64,000 nt of DNA from an uncultured Verrucomicrobiae bacterium (GCA_963772365.1 CAVYXA010000001.1:512001-576000), one strand, 5' to 3'. Shown: positions 48,626 through 60,296, counted from the stretch's first letter. Translations and numbers: made by a program. The notes: generated by a model from the sequence alone, not told the origin.

Positions 48626-49215
48626 ATGATCGGCGCCGTGGCGGAAGAAAAGGCGACGCGCGGAGCCAGCCGATATGACGCAATCATCGCGACCCTGGTC
48701 GGATTCTGCGCTTTGTGTCTTTCGGGTTATACCGCTTACGTACAACGGCAACAGGTGCGCGCCGCGGTCTGGCCAATTCTGGAGTTCGATACCGGCAACC
48801 AGCCCGACATTCACTTTACCCTGTCGAACAAAGGTGTCGGGCCCGCAATCATCCGTCATGTGATCGTGAGAGTGGACGACCAGCCGGTCCGGAATTGGAA
48901 GGAAGCATTTGAAAAATACTGGGACCGGGGAAGCATTGGTTCTCCGAAAGCGACATGAACGGACACACGCTATCGGCCGGTGAATCGATGATTGTTTGCA
49001 GCCCTCACGACGCCGACAACAAACCGCTCGCTTACGACCGGTCGAACCCGGCTTGGATCGAGATGGATAAGGAGCGCGCACGTGTTTCAGTCGAGATTTG
49101 TTATTCTTCTACGCTCGGCGAATGCTGGACTCTGCGGGGCGGCGGATCTTCACCGGGTATTACCACCGAGACTCATCATTGCCCCACTCGGTCGGAGCTT
49201 ACTTTTAAGCAGTAG
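48626..49215 (+). CDS. Hypothetical membrane-anchored protein (frameshift near 48920)
   Basis: ORFs 48626-48958 and 48955-49215 appear to be one gene: TM helix, AAVWPIL, NKGVGPAII ... EICYSSTLGECW. Confidence 0.6.
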
Positions 49216-49250
49216 GCGCGATTGTCTTCTGGCGATTGGAGAGAATCAGT

Positions 49251-49655
49251 CTAATTCAGGGCGGAAAAGTTGGTCGGATCCATAAAGTAGTGATCGATGT
49301 GATCTACTAAAGGCCCGTTCGCTTCCGATTCGGCCTTCACCTTTTTCCATTCCGGGTCGGCATGGAACGCGTCCCAATTCTTCTCTGCCTGATCGCGGCT
49401 GGGATGCTCCAAAATGTAAACGAACAAGTTTTGCCCGGCGTCTTCGGGCACCCAGTAACCGATGCTATTCATGTTATGGCGCCTGAAGATCGCGTCGGTG
49501 TGATCGCCAAAACGGGCTTTGAGCGCATTCATCTTGCCCGGGTTCACGTGATACATCCGCAATTCGTAAACGTGATGTGAAGGCTTGGGCGCTCCAAATG
49601 TGTTGAAAGCAATTACTATCGCGGCACCGCAAACGAACGAGAGAAATGTTTTCAT
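49251..49655 (-). CDS. NIPSNAP family protein
   Basis: YELRMYH..PGK, WDAFHADPEW, MDPTNFS. Confidence 0.85.
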   Translation of the reverse strand: MKTFLSFVCGAAIVIAFNTFGAPKPSHHVYELRMYHVNPGKMNALKARFGDHTDAIFRRHNMNSIGYWVPEDAGQNLFVYILEHPSRDQAEKNWDAFHADPEWKKVKAESEANGPLVDHIDHYFMDPTNFSALN

Positions 49656-49978
49656 AATGCGCAAGATAGCGCCGCGCTGCGGCAAACCACAAGCGATCGT
49701 CCTATCGATGGATTAGCGAGAGGGTAAATCCCAACAATTAACTCTGAGCCTTCAGCCGCTCGTTCTTAGTAAGTTGTCAGCCGACTCTGGCAGCATGCCA
49801 GCTTCCACCAGCTCTGCCCGCTCGATTTTTTAATCTCTTGACGGCCAGGCAATGAATAATCACTCTGCCAGACAAAACAAAGAGCGATTGCACCGACGCG
49901 GCGCGCGCGTCCTCCCTTAACGGCGCCACGGTTCTGGACACGCTTCCGTTAGTCCAACGAAAACAAAAAACCAATCCT

Positions 49979-50770
49979 ATGAAATCAAACCGCACCTCCT
50001 TAGCAACAATTGCGATCCTGTGCCTCGGCGTGGCACCGATGTCACGTGCCGCAGATGATTCCTTCGCCGGTAAATGGAAGTTGAACCCGGATAAAGGCCA
50101 GCTGAGCGGCCTCAGCTACAAGGTCGAAGATGCCGGGAAAAACAAAATGACATTCAAGTTCGGCGACACTGCTGAGACCGTCTCACTCGACGGTAAGCCG
50201 CACACGACAAGGTTCGGCAGTATCTGGGAGATTACCAAGAAGGACGCGAACACCTTTAAGTGGATCCGCAAAATGCATGGCAAAACCCTTTCCGACGCCA
50301 CCTGGACGGTGGCGGGTGATGGCGCCACCTCCACTTACGATACGACCGAGACGCGGCCGGATGGCTCTACCTCGCACGATGTCATCACACTCAAGCGAAC
50401 CGCCGGCGGCAATTCTGGCTTGGTGGGCACCTGGGAAAGCACGGAGATAAAGATTGGATCTCCCGGCACGATGGAAATAGAGAAGTCGGGAACAGACGGT
50501 TACTCCATGAAGAATCCTGCTTACAAGGAAGAGACGGATTTCAAGACCGATGGGAAATCGTATAAGCCAAAAGGCCCGAACGTGCCTCCTGGCACGACCA
50601 TCTCCGCCAAACAAGACGGCGATAACAAGATGGAGCTGACCTACAAACTAAAAGGTAAAGTGACCGAGACTGATGCCTACGAACTCTCGTCAGACGGGAA
50701 AACGCTAACCGAAACCATCACTTTCCCGGGAGAGAACAAGCAGGAAGTCGACGTCTTCGACCGAGAATAG
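49979..50770 (+). CDS. Exported hypothetical protein with two tandem beta-rich repeats
   Basis: FAGKWKLNPDK and LVGTWES repeats; DGK motifs resemble 46365-46829. Confidence 0.75.
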   Translation: MKSNRTSLATIAILCLGVAPMSRAADDSFAGKWKLNPDKGQLSGLSYKVEDAGKNKMTFKFGDTAETVSLDGKPHTTRFGSIWEITKKDANTFKWIRKMHGKTLSDATWTVAGDGATSTYDTTETRPDGSTSHDVITLKRTAGGNSGLVGTWESTEIKIGSPGTMEIEKSGTDGYSMKNPAYKEETDFKTDGKSYKPKGPNVPPGTTISAKQDGDNKMELTYKLKGKVTETDAYELSSDGKTLTETITFPGENKQEVDVFDRE

Positions 50771-50787
50771 AACGTATTAGCAGCGAG

Positions 50788-50822
50788 AAGCGCGCGGATG
50801 ATTATATCCCCGCGCTTTTTTT
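50788..50822 (+). terminator. Probable Rho-independent terminator
   Basis: AAGCGCGCGGAT...ATCCCCGCGCTT followed by a T-run. Confidence 0.6.
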
Positions 50823-50958
50823 GCTTGCATCGCCACGCGGCCCGCTTTCGACGACCAGCCACGACTGCGGCTGATTGAAAACTCGCTCGTTGGGCCGCGC
50901 GACAGCTGCCAACCGCCACGGGCGAAGAATCTTTGTCATTGTAATGTTAGATTCTGGC

Positions 50959-51420
50959 ATGACGACAAAATTGGATCATGCCCCGAATTTGGCTCAGCGT
51001 CCCCCGCGCAGTCCGCGGGTGAGACTTGGCGGTTACGTTGTTCTTCCACGCATCCTTGATAAGGGGCGCGCCGAACTGGCCGGAACTGCCGGAGAATTCA
51101 AATACAACAATCCAGGCGATTATCATTGGTTCCGGTTCACTGGAATCACGCCCGAAGCATTGAAAGCCGAGCTGGCCACCGGCAAAGGCGATGGCGAAAT
51201 ATTGGCCTGGGTCCAGGAGAACGCGCCTAACAAACGCAGCCCGTGGGAGATTCAACAATGGAGCGCCTATTTTTCCGAGCGCGGTCCCGATAGCGACGTC
51301 GAAACACTTGAGATGTTTGCCGACCGCATGAAAAAGTTCAACCCGACTCGCGAAGACGTGAAAACCTGGTTCGACCTGCTCGATTTGGACGACCACGTTA
51401 CTTTCGGAGGAAAAGCCTGA
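50959..51420 (+). CDS. DUF5069-like protein
   Basis: PRSPRVRLGGYVVLPRILDKGRA...GEFKY...FDLLDLDD. Confidence 0.75.
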   Translation: MTTKLDHAPNLAQRPPRSPRVRLGGYVVLPRILDKGRAELAGTAGEFKYNNPGDYHWFRFTGITPEALKAELATGKGDGEILAWVQENAPNKRSPWEIQQWSAYFSERGPDSDVETLEMFADRMKKFNPTREDVKTWFDLLDLDDHVTFGGKA

Positions 51421-51499
51421 GGAATTGATCCGGCCGAATAACCGGACGCCGTTCGCCGTCCCGATTAACAATTAAACGATAATCGATAATCGAACGCGC

Positions 51500-51973
51500 C
51501 TAGCGGTTGCAAGGAATATTCGTATCCTGCGCCGCCACGATCTGCCATTTCCCGGCGCGTTTCAGCCACGTGTCGGTCCAGATCAGACAATGCTTTGTCT
51601 CCCTGCCATCTTTAGCCTTGGAGACTGCGCTTTCCGCTCCATACGCGATCGCGATGGAGTCGCCGAAAAATCTCACCTTTACCTTGCCCAGTTGGCAGTC
51701 GCGCTCGAGCGCCTTGGTATCTGTGGTGATCGCGTCCTTCTTGCCGTAGCGCCGTCCGCTTGGCGATGTCCCCTGGAAGTCGTCCGCAATCACGTCCTTA
51801 AGATCCGGTTGCGGGCTACAGGCCGAGTTGGCCCACTTCGCCTCGGCCGCAATGATGAACTTCACGGTCTCCTCCCCCGGCGATCCCCAGCGAGATTCCT
51901 GCGCATGGCTGGGTGAGGCAAACCCACCGAGAAACAACAGTGCGAGCAAAGATGCTGGGATGACCGATTGCAT
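51500..51973 (-). CDS. Exported NTF2-like (DUF4440) protein
   Basis: Signal peptide; IADDFQG, VKVRFFGD, WTDTWLKRAGKWQIVA. Confidence 0.8.
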   Translation of the reverse strand: MQSVIPASLLALLFLGGFASPSHAQESRWGSPGEETVKFIIAAEAKWANSACSPQPDLKDVIADDFQGTSPSGRRYGKKDAITTDTKALERDCQLGKVKVRFFGDSIAIAYGAESAVSKAKDGRETKHCLIWTDTWLKRAGKWQIVAAQDTNIPCNR

Positions 51974-52242
51974 CGTGAATTCAGGCCCAAGGCACGCGCC
52001 ACTAGACCTTCTTAATATTATAGCATGGCTTTCTTTTCGTTTTTGAAAAATGTGAAACCGCAGTATGTCTCCCACGCGTTGGAGACAGGCCACACGTAAT
52101 CCTGCGTGGAACGAAGCGAGTGGAACGCTTGTTGGAAACAGGAAACCCACCCGGTGGACTGACCGCGCGCAAGATCGACAATCGCATTTGTGGAGCAGAC
52201 TTTGTACTGTGAGTTTTCCACCGGAAAAGTCATAACCAACAC

Positions 52243-55200
52243 ATGGCAGGTAGCACCGATTCGCCCGAAGCACCCACTGACGTAGCGCAGAGCCGCCTCA
52301 CGCAGGTCTTCAAATTTCTGAAAGCGCTAAACGAGCTCAGGAACCCGGTGCCCCGTGATTTGTCCGCCTATTCTCAAATACTCTGGCTTGATAAATGGCC
52401 GACGCATCCAACGATCGTGATTCAACGCGGCGACCGCGAAGATAATGAAGAGGAGACAGACGTCGATGCTGAGATGGAACCGACAATCCGCGTTCAACGG
52501 GCACGACTCACGGCCTGCCCCAACCCGCCGACGCTCCTTGACGGCTGGCTCAACCCAACGTGGCAATCCATCGATGCTGAAGTTGAAGTGCTTCACTCCC
52601 GCAACTTCGTAAACAAGGAAAAGGAAACGGTCACAATTCAGTTCGTCGATGAGGCCGCGCGCGTCGATGCGTTGAACGTTTGGAAAGCTACGCGAGAAAA
52701 ATGGGCGGCAGCAGAGCGACCGACGATTGAGGCGCGACAGCTGTTCGAACGGATTCACGCCTTGTGGACGACGATACAACGCGAAGGTGATCGCGTGGAG
52801 CTCGTCCTTGCTGAGGGGATACTGGAAGAGGCGACACAACTAATTCGGCATCCCATTTTATTGCAGCGCATCAATTTTGAATTTGATCCCGCAGTACCGG
52901 AATTCCGATTTTCGACTGGCACTGAAAACGTTGAATTGCATCGCGCGTTATTGCGCTTAGTCCCGACGATTGAAGGCCGAATGATCGCGCACTTCGACAA
53001 AGAACTTGAGAAACGCCCAGTCGAACCGCTTGGCGGCGAAAGTACAATCGGTTTTCTCCGCGCCGTTGTGCAGGGTCTTTTTACTGATGGCGAGTTTATC
53101 GAGAAAACGCCGGGCATTATCGGTAATCATCCGACCATCCATCGCGAAGCTGTGATATTCCTCCGCCCGCGAACTGCCGGACTAAGTACCACGGTGGATT
53201 CGATTATTGAGGACTTGGAAGGCGAAGTGACGATCCCGGAAGGATTGTCTACGATTGTGGGAGTCGAGACGGATGCTACTGGGGCTTCGCAAGATGACGG
53301 AAGGGATGACGAAAAGCCTGCAACTACACCAACGGCAGAACCGGACATTCTTTTCAGTAAGCCTGCGAACTCCGAGCAGTACGAGATTGCCGCTCGACTA
53401 GCGAAAAACAGAGCGGTGCTCGTGCAAGGCCCGCCGGGAACCGGAAAAACACATACGATCGCGAACTTACTTGGGTATTTGCTGGCCCAGGGAAAAACAG
53501 TGCTGGTGACTGCCCACACGACAAAAGCATTGAGAGTATTGCGGCAACAAGTCGATACAGCGCTTCAACCGCTTTGCCTGAGCGTTCTGGGAAGAGACTC
53601 CGAAAGCCAAAGTCAGATGAAAGAGTCCGCGCAAGAAATTGCGAATCGGCTTTCTAGTTCGAACGCCGCGACACTGCGCAAACAAGCAGCGCTTCTGCGA
53701 GAGAAAAGGCGCAAACTGCTTGATACATCGGCGGAATTGCGACGCCGACTTCGCGACGCGCGATTCAGTGAAGTCGAAGAAATCGTGGTTGCTGGAGAAG
53801 GTTTAAGTCCGATCGACGTTGCAAAGCGAGTGAAAGCAGATGAAGACCGCGACGGTTGGATTCCCGGACCGCTTGAAACTGGTCTCTGTCCACTCACCGA
53901 GTCGGAAGTCCGTCAGATGTACGCTACTCACGCCGTGCTAGCAATTTCCGACGAACGACAAATCGCTGTTAAGCAGCCGTTGCTCGCCCAGTTAGTGTCA
54001 CCTGCGGATTTCCGATTGCTCGCAAATGAACGAGCCGGCACGACCTCGCGCGCGAAATTGCATCGGCGCGAATTTTGGAACGACACGGCCATAGCTGGAT
54101 GTACGGCGAAGCAACTCCAAGAACTACATCAGCGTGTTTGCGCAGCTGCCGCAGTTCTGACCGAGAAAGAAGACTGGCTGCGCGAAGTACTATTCGCTGG
54201 ATGGACTGGAGGCGATCACCGCGAAGTCTGGAATGATCTATTAAGTTCCATTGATTCACTTGGAGTCGAAGCGGCTACCGCCATGCGCCTACAAAAGGCG
54301 CACGGACCGGAGCTCCCCGGCGACCGACCAGTCGAGCCTGTGGCAGCGACACTCGATGAGATTATTCATCATCTGGAGACCGGACATTCTCTTGGATTGA
54401 TGACAAAACTTCGTCATCGAAACTGGCATGAACTCATCGAGCTTTGTCGGGTTGAGGGTCACGTGCCCCAAACGATCGATGAATTTCGCGCGTTGCGTGC
54501 GATTGCGCGGTTACAAGAGGGCCGCACGCGTTTCGGAGGGCGTTGGCAGCGCACGGTCGAATCGTTAGGCGGTCCACGAGTAGAAGCGCTTGGGAATTCA
54601 CCGGAACGTGCCGCCCAAGGTTATGCTGCGGAAATTCGGAACAGACTCGAATGGCGTACAACTAAGTGGGAAGCGCTGACAAACGAGTTGCGGGCTGCCT
54701 CCTTTCGATGGGACGATTGGCTCGCCACGCACCCGCCGGTAACAGGCGATCATGGCGAACTTGCTCGCGTGCAGCGCGCAGCTTCCGAAGGATTGGCTGA
54801 CATCGTCGAGGCGCAAGCAGCGTTAATTCGCCAAACAGAACTCGCGACGGCACTTCAATCGCAGCGCACGTATCTCGCCGGCTTTCCAGAAAGCGATGCG
54901 GCCTCAGTGTTGCTCACCGCGCAGGATGCATGGAACACTGAAGAGTACAGAAGCTGCGTGTCGCGAACTAGCGAGATTGGAGGGTCTGCACACTGCATAT
55001 GATATTCGTTCGGAATTGCTCGCAAAATCGGAACATGCAGCGCCCGCGTGGGCGCTCGCAGTTTTTCAGCGCGAGAAACCACACGATGCTCCAGAGCCGC
55101 CGGGCGATGTAGCCGCAGCGTGGAGGTGGCGTCAATGGTGTCAAGAACTCGAGCGGCGCGCGTCAGTTTCAATGACGGACTTGCAAGAGCGACTTGAGAA

Positions 55201-56821
55201 AACAGAGAAAGATTTGCGAGAGATCGCGGCGCAAATTATCGAACATGAGACTTGGGCTGCACAGTGTGAGCGTACCGGCCTTCAGGCAAAGCAAGCGCTC
55301 ATGGGTTTCGTTCAGACGATTCGAAAGATTGGAAAAGGAACTGGCAAGCGCGTTCCAGAACTTCTTCGTAAGGCTAGAGAACTTCTTGCCTCAGCCCGAC
55401 GCGCCGTTCCGGTTTGGATCATGCCGTTAAGCAGGGTTTATGAAAGCTTCGATCCTCGCGAAACAAAATTTGATGTCGTTATCATCGATGAAGCCAGTCA
55501 GAGCGATGTCACCGCATTAGCCGCTCTTTACTTGGGATGTGAACACGTTGTTGTCGGCGATAAAGAGCAGGTGACGCCAGATGCAATCGGTCAACGTGTA
55601 GATCAAGTGACCCGACTCATCGCCACTGATCTGCAGGGCGTTCCTAACAATCATTTGTACGATGGGCAAACTTCGATCTATGATCTCGCCGAAACTGCGT
55701 TCGGCGGTGTCGTTGCGTTACGCGAGCACTTCCGCTGCGTACCAGAGATCATTCAGTTCAGCAATCATCTCTCTTACAACAATGCGATTCGACCGCTGCG
55801 TGAGCCTTTCTCTTCGCCAGTTCGCCCAGCATTAATTCCCCATCGAGTTCAGGGCTTTCGAAATGAAGCGGGAAAAGCGAATGAAGTTGAAGCGGAGGAA
55901 ATAGCGTCGCTCGTTGTCGCCTGTCTCGTTGATCCGGACTATGAGCTTAACGATTTCGGTCAACCGACAACATTCGGTGTGATTTCACTTTTGGGAGAAG
56001 AGCAAGCGCTCCTCATAGAAAATATTCTCCGACGACATCTCACGCCCGACAAATTCGCGAGACATCGGCTTCTCTGCGGGAATGCAGCGCAGTTCCAAGG
56101 TGATGAACGCGACGTGATGTTTCTTTCGATGGTGGACGGCCCACCGGACGATGGACAGTTGCGGATGTTGGATGCCGGGCCAAAAGACTTATACAAGAAA
56201 CGCTACAACGTCGCGGTCAGCCGTGCTCGTAATCAACTTTGGGTCGTTCATTCGATTGACATGAACAGGCATTTAAAGAGCGGTGATTTGCGGCGGCGTT
56301 TACTCTCGCACGTTCACGATCCGGAAGCGCTGCTGAGAGAAATGGAAGTACAAGGCAATCGCGTCGATTCGCCGTTTGAGAAACAGATCATGCAACGCTT
56401 GGTCGCTGCTGGCTATCGGGTTCGCTCGCAGTGGCCTGTTGGCGCATATCGCATCGATTTGGTCGCGGAAGGCCTTAATAGAAAATTGGCGGTCGAATGC
56501 GACGGCGAGAAATGGCACACACCCGAGCAACTTCAGAATGATCTGGAACGCCAAGCTATTCTCGAACGGCTCGGATGGATTTTTGTTCGCGTGCGAGGCA
56601 GCATCTTCTTCCGCAACCCCGATGCGGCGATGGCTCCGGTTTTTGCAAAACTCGCCGATCTCGAAATCGAACCGTTAGGTCCGGCATCAGACTCCGAGCG
56701 AAGAGGTGACTCTCCTTTGGTCGAGCGAATCAGGCGAAACGCCGAAGCTCTGCGGACGCAGTGGCTCGCTGAAAAAGAATTGGACGTCGAGATCGGAGCA
56801 GAGGAATACGTTCCGTTTTGA
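52243..56821 (+). CDS. Large Upf1-like SF1 helicase with C-terminal Vsr-like PD-(D/E)xK nuclease (frameshift near 54950)
   Basis: QGPPGTGKT, IIDEASQ, VVGDKEQ, LREHFRC, FQGDERD, YNVAVSRAR; DSPFE...YRIDL...AVECDG..WH...RQAILERLGW. Confidence 0.85.
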
Positions 56822-56860
56822 TTTCCCAGTTGCAGCGGTGCATCTCGGGGGTCTGTGATT

Positions 56861-56958
56861 GGGTCAGTCAACATATCTTGACTGGCGAAGCCGATTGAAG
56901 CGAATGAAAAACCCGGCTTTGGATCTGCCCGATTCTGTCAAGATTTGTTGACTGACCC
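56861..56958. repeat. 22-bp inverted repeat pair (REPIN/MITE-like)
   Basis: GGGTCAGTCAACATATCTTGAC and GTCAAGATTTGTTGACTGACCC (21/22 match). Confidence 0.8.
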
Positions 56959-57025
56959 CCTTTTCCCCTTTTGCGCCTTCGACTGCTATTGACTTCACGA
57001 AACGAGCGTCCCACGCTTTTCGATT

Positions 57026-58123
57026 ATGAAAGACGAGCGTCCATTATATGAGACCGATCGGGATTCGGAGCCAGATCCCGACGAAACACCAATACGCGAT
57101 CGACGTTTGTTTACCCAGCCTTACGACCTTGTCGTTGAATCATTGATCGAGCAGATCGCCGCCAAAACTATGTTTCTGCGGCCATTATCTGAGCGACCGC
57201 AATTCCAACGGCGATATGTCTGGTCCAATCAGCTGGCTTCAAGACTGATCGAATCGATTCTACTAAATGTCCCAATCCCACCATGCTATTTGTCACAAAG
57301 CGAGGAATTCGAACTCGACGTTATCGATGGTCAACAGCGACTCTTCTCAATCTATCGATTTCTTGAAAATCAGCTAAAACTTACAGGGCTTGAAGTCTTA
57401 ACAGAATTCGCGGGATTGCGATTTTTCGAATTGCCCGACCGTGCTCAGCGGCGCATCAAAACACACACCCTCCGGTGCGTTCTCATCACAAATGAATCGC
57501 ATCCCGAGATCAAGTTTGACGTTTTTCAACGCCTGAACACAAATACTGTTCCTCTAAATGCCCAAGAGCTGCGCAATTGCATTTATCGCGGGACTCTGAA
57601 CTCCTTATTAAAAGAAGCCGTGGAATATGAGCCGTGGCTAAGAATCCTGAACCGCCGAAAGCCGGATAAGCGTATGCGGGATGAGGAGCTCGTCTTGCGA
57701 TTCTACGCGTTTCGATTGCATGGCCTTCAGTCTTATCGCACGCCGCAGAAACATTGGCTTAATGACACGGCTCGACAGGGCAAAAGCTATGGCGCAAAGC
57801 GGATCGCTGAACTTGGGGATCTTTGGCGGCACTCAATAGATGTGTCTCTTATCTGGTTTGACCCGAAAGACTGTTTTCGGCGAGGAGCAGGTCCAAAATC
57901 GAAAGCTATCAATCGTGCCCTATTCGATTTGATAATGCTACTTGCTGCGGACATGACTACCGTACGTGCCCGCAAGGTCCGCAACAAGCTTCGCACGGCA
58001 TATAGGTCGCTATTCGATGGCGATGAGTTCGTAGATTTGATCAGCAAATCTGTAGATCATACGAAACGGACCAAGCGACGATTTACGATTTGGAACCAGC
58101 AAGTCGTTAACAAACTTGGGTAA
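57026..58123 (+). CDS. DUF262 (ParB-like, GmrS-type) domain protein
   Basis: PQFQRRYVW, SRLIESILLNVPIP, VIDGQQRL, FQRLNT..VPLNAQELR. Confidence 0.9.
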   Translation: MKDERPLYETDRDSEPDPDETPIRDRRLFTQPYDLVVESLIEQIAAKTMFLRPLSERPQFQRRYVWSNQLASRLIESILLNVPIPPCYLSQSEEFELDVIDGQQRLFSIYRFLENQLKLTGLEVLTEFAGLRFFELPDRAQRRIKTHTLRCVLITNESHPEIKFDVFQRLNTNTVPLNAQELRNCIYRGTLNSLLKEAVEYEPWLRILNRRKPDKRMRDEELVLRFYAFRLHGLQSYRTPQKHWLNDTARQGKSYGAKRIAELGDLWRHSIDVSLIWFDPKDCFRRGAGPKSKAINRALFDLIMLLAADMTTVRARKVRNKLRTAYRSLFDGDEFVDLISKSVDHTKRTKRRFTIWNQQVVNKLG

Positions 58124-58821
58124 TGCCACGCTATACCGTTGCGTATTCTTCCTTCCTGACCCGATTAGACGAGGTTCAGACTCTTCGCGGCCTCGCGGCG
58201 AAACAGGAGGAAGCCGACCCAATCGCACTTAGTGCGTCGATAAACGCGCTGTGTAGAGGGACGATCGTCCTTTTATCCAGCCACGTAGAGGGCTTCATCA
58301 AAGAATTGGGTGAATTGACACTCGAACGTGTTCACTTACGCGGCGTGGCGCGTGGCGCGATCGTTCCGCAATTCTTTTACCACTTGTCAAAAGACAAGCT
58401 GACTGAACTTCGGGATGCATCTCAACCAGATACAATCGCGACGCGACTGTTCGAGATTGTTCAACGAGACTTGGATCTATGGAATAAGGCTGGTCCGTTT
58501 CCCCGGGCGCTACCAGCCGAGATGTTCAACAGAGGCTTTGCAAATCCTGCATTCGTGAAAATCAAGACATACTTCAATCGATTTGGGTATGATACATTTA
58601 CGAACGACCTCGGGGCCGCGCTCGCCGCCAACTACCTCCCGACGACGAACATGATAAATCACGTTGTAGATCTTAGAAATAAGATCGCTCACGGCGATCC
58701 AACCGTCACGGAAACTCCAGCGGATTTAGGAGACATGATTCGCTTAGTTCGCACGTTTTGCCGAAGTACGGACGACGTGTTTGCGCGATGGTGTCGTGCA
58801 TCTCTTTGTTCAATCCGATAA
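58123..58821 (+). CDS. HEPN-like nuclease (MAE_28990/RiboL-PSP-like)
   Basis: IVLLSSHVEGFIKEL and RNKIAHG (RxxxxH); overlaps the DUF262 stop codon. Confidence 0.8.
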   Translation: MPRYTVAYSSFLTRLDEVQTLRGLAAKQEEADPIALSASINALCRGTIVLLSSHVEGFIKELGELTLERVHLRGVARGAIVPQFFYHLSKDKLTELRDASQPDTIATRLFEIVQRDLDLWNKAGPFPRALPAEMFNRGFANPAFVKIKTYFNRFGYDTFTNDLGAALAANYLPTTNMINHVVDLRNKIAHGDPTVTETPADLGDMIRLVRTFCRSTDDVFARWCRASLCSIR

Positions 58822-58946
58822 CCATTGCGTCGCTCCGGCGTGCAGCTGGCACGTTGTCGGTGCCGGCTCGTATTCTTTCTCGTGCTCCACGGGGACCGAA
58901 GCCCAATCCACTTATAATTTTCAGCTGAGGCGCGGGACGCCACGAG

Positions 58947-59021
58947 ATCTAACATTGAGCCAAAATGATCGTTCACCTCGTCGACGGCCGCGTAATCCCG
59001 TAAAAGGCTTCGCCTCACGTG
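58947..59021 (+). repeat. Array repeat R1 (MIVHLVDG leader plus hairpin)
   Basis: ATCTAACATTGAGCCAAAATGATCGTTCACCTCGTCGACGGCCGCGTAA then CGTAAAAGGCTTCGCCTCACG. Confidence 0.85.
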
Positions 59022-59158
59022 ATCTCATCGTTCATACGCCGGCCTTCGCAAAGTTGGCGAGGCGGATGGACGCGCCGCGGCCGCTGGAGCGCATTAAAAA
59101 ACTGACAACGGAAAGCTGAAAGCGACGAATGACGATGCGCGATTAGCGCGAGAGTTTC

Positions 59159-59449
59159 TTATATTTGCGGTTCGCGGCGAGCGGAATGCCAGTAGTCCAT
59201 GACCTCGATCACTTGTTCCTTTCGCCGGAGACGATAGTAAATGTAATACGACTTGCACAGGAGCCGTCGAACATTGGCTCGCTTTCGGTATGGCGTTCCC
59301 ATGTCTGGAAACCTAGCCAAAGATTCAGTACGGTCCGCCAAGTAGTCGCCAAACCGAATGGCAGCGAGCGGATCGTCTTGCGCGATGAAGCGAACGATTT
59401 GTTCGAGTTCTCCGAGCGCTTGCGGAGCAAAAATTATTCTCCAGCCCAT
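59159..59449 (-). CDS. RelE/ParE family toxin
   Basis: IIFAPQALGELEQIVRFIAQDDP...LARFPDMG...YYIYYR...YWHSAR. Confidence 0.88.
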   Translation of the reverse strand: MGWRIIFAPQALGELEQIVRFIAQDDPLAAIRFGDYLADRTESLARFPDMGTPYRKRANVRRLLCKSYYIYYRLRRKEQVIEVMDYWHSARREPQI

Positions 59450-59658
59450 TCGCGAATTTTCTCGCGAACGCGTTCGAGGGGGACGCCTTTGCCGGCATCC
59501 AGCTCGGCAGCAGCTTTATCGAGGCGGGCGAGCAAAGCCTTCTCTTCGGCTTCGGACATGATTGGTTCCTCTTGAGATTGAAGCCAGGCAGCGAGCGCCG
59601 ACTTCTCATTTGCCGGCAATTTGTCGATCGCTTTCTGGATCTCGGTGATCGTGCTCAT
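59434..59658 (-). CDS. Addiction-module antitoxin
   Basis: MSTITEIQKAIDKLP...LLARLDKA...GKGVPLERVR; overlaps the toxin start. Confidence 0.75.
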   Translation of the reverse strand: MSTITEIQKAIDKLPANEKSALAAWLQSQEEPIMSEAEEKALLARLDKAAAELDAGKGVPLERVREKIREWAGE

Positions 59659-59834
59659 GAAATCGGATTCGCCAGTTCGCGATTCGCCTGCAAAACCATC
59701 TCGACCGCTTCCTTCAAGTTTGCGCGCGCTTCCTCCAGCGTTGCGCCCTGCGTATTCGCACCGGGCAGCTCTTCCACGAATGCGGCGTAGCCTTCGGGAA
59801 ATTTTCGGAAGACCGCAGTCAGCTTGATTTCCAT
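59655..59834 (-). CDS. HicB-like antitoxin (short)
   Basis: GYAAFVEELPGANTQGATLEEARANLKEAV. Confidence 0.85.
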   Translation of the reverse strand: MEIKLTAVFRKFPEGYAAFVEELPGANTQGATLEEARANLKEAVEMVLQANRELANPIS

Positions 59835-59920
59835 GTCGATCTTGTAGCACAAAACACGAGTGCTGGACAGCTACGTCTTCGAATACAGCTTCGCTCCGGC
59901 TTTGAGGGCGCGGCCATAAA

Positions 59921-59984
59921 ATCTAACATTGACCCAAGATGATCGTTCACCTCGTCGACGGCCGCGTAAAGTGCTTCGCTCCAC
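59921..59984 (+). repeat. Array repeat R2
   Basis: 47/49 identical to R1 over 59921-59969. Confidence 0.85.
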
Positions 59985-60023
59985 CCGGCTGTCGCGGCGT
60001 TTTCATCCTCGAGCGGACTCGCG

Positions 60024-60266
60024 TTATCCGAACAGCGTTTGCACCTTCCTCAAAACTTCAGCGAGCTTTGTTCCCTTCACCTTTCCGACTGAATACAGAA
60101 TCACGTTTTGCTCAACCGTGAAGAGCCGTTGGGGACGGATAAAGCTCGCTTGATGGAGCTTTCCACGTTCGAAGTCGGGAGCGTCCAATGCGACTGAGGA
60201 TTCATCCGATCTGGCGCGGCTTGTGATCTGGCAAAGAATCACATCGTCGCCCGGAAGATCGACCAC
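60024..60266 (-). pseudogene. MazF/PemK toxin, 5'-truncated
   Basis: DLPGDDVILCQITS...SFIRPQRLFTV; lacks the N-terminal GDVV.VPFP...KRRPALV segment; break coincides with hairpin R3. Confidence 0.75.
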
Positions 60267-60291
60267 GTAAAAGGCTTCGGCTCACGTGGTC
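60261..60291 (+). repeat. Array hairpin R3
   Basis: GACCACGT-AAAAGGCTTCGGCTC-ACGTGGTC. Confidence 0.8.
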
Positions 60292-60296
60292 AGCGC

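Noticed and set aside
370..56821. Genuine pseudogenes or programmed frameshifts (sigma, anti-sigma, phhA, holB, kelch gene, 48.9 kb gene, helicase)
   Set aside because: Scattered single-base shifts, including in the normally essential holB, with no consistent slippery sites. Sequencing indels are the simpler explanation; read polishing is needed to confirm.
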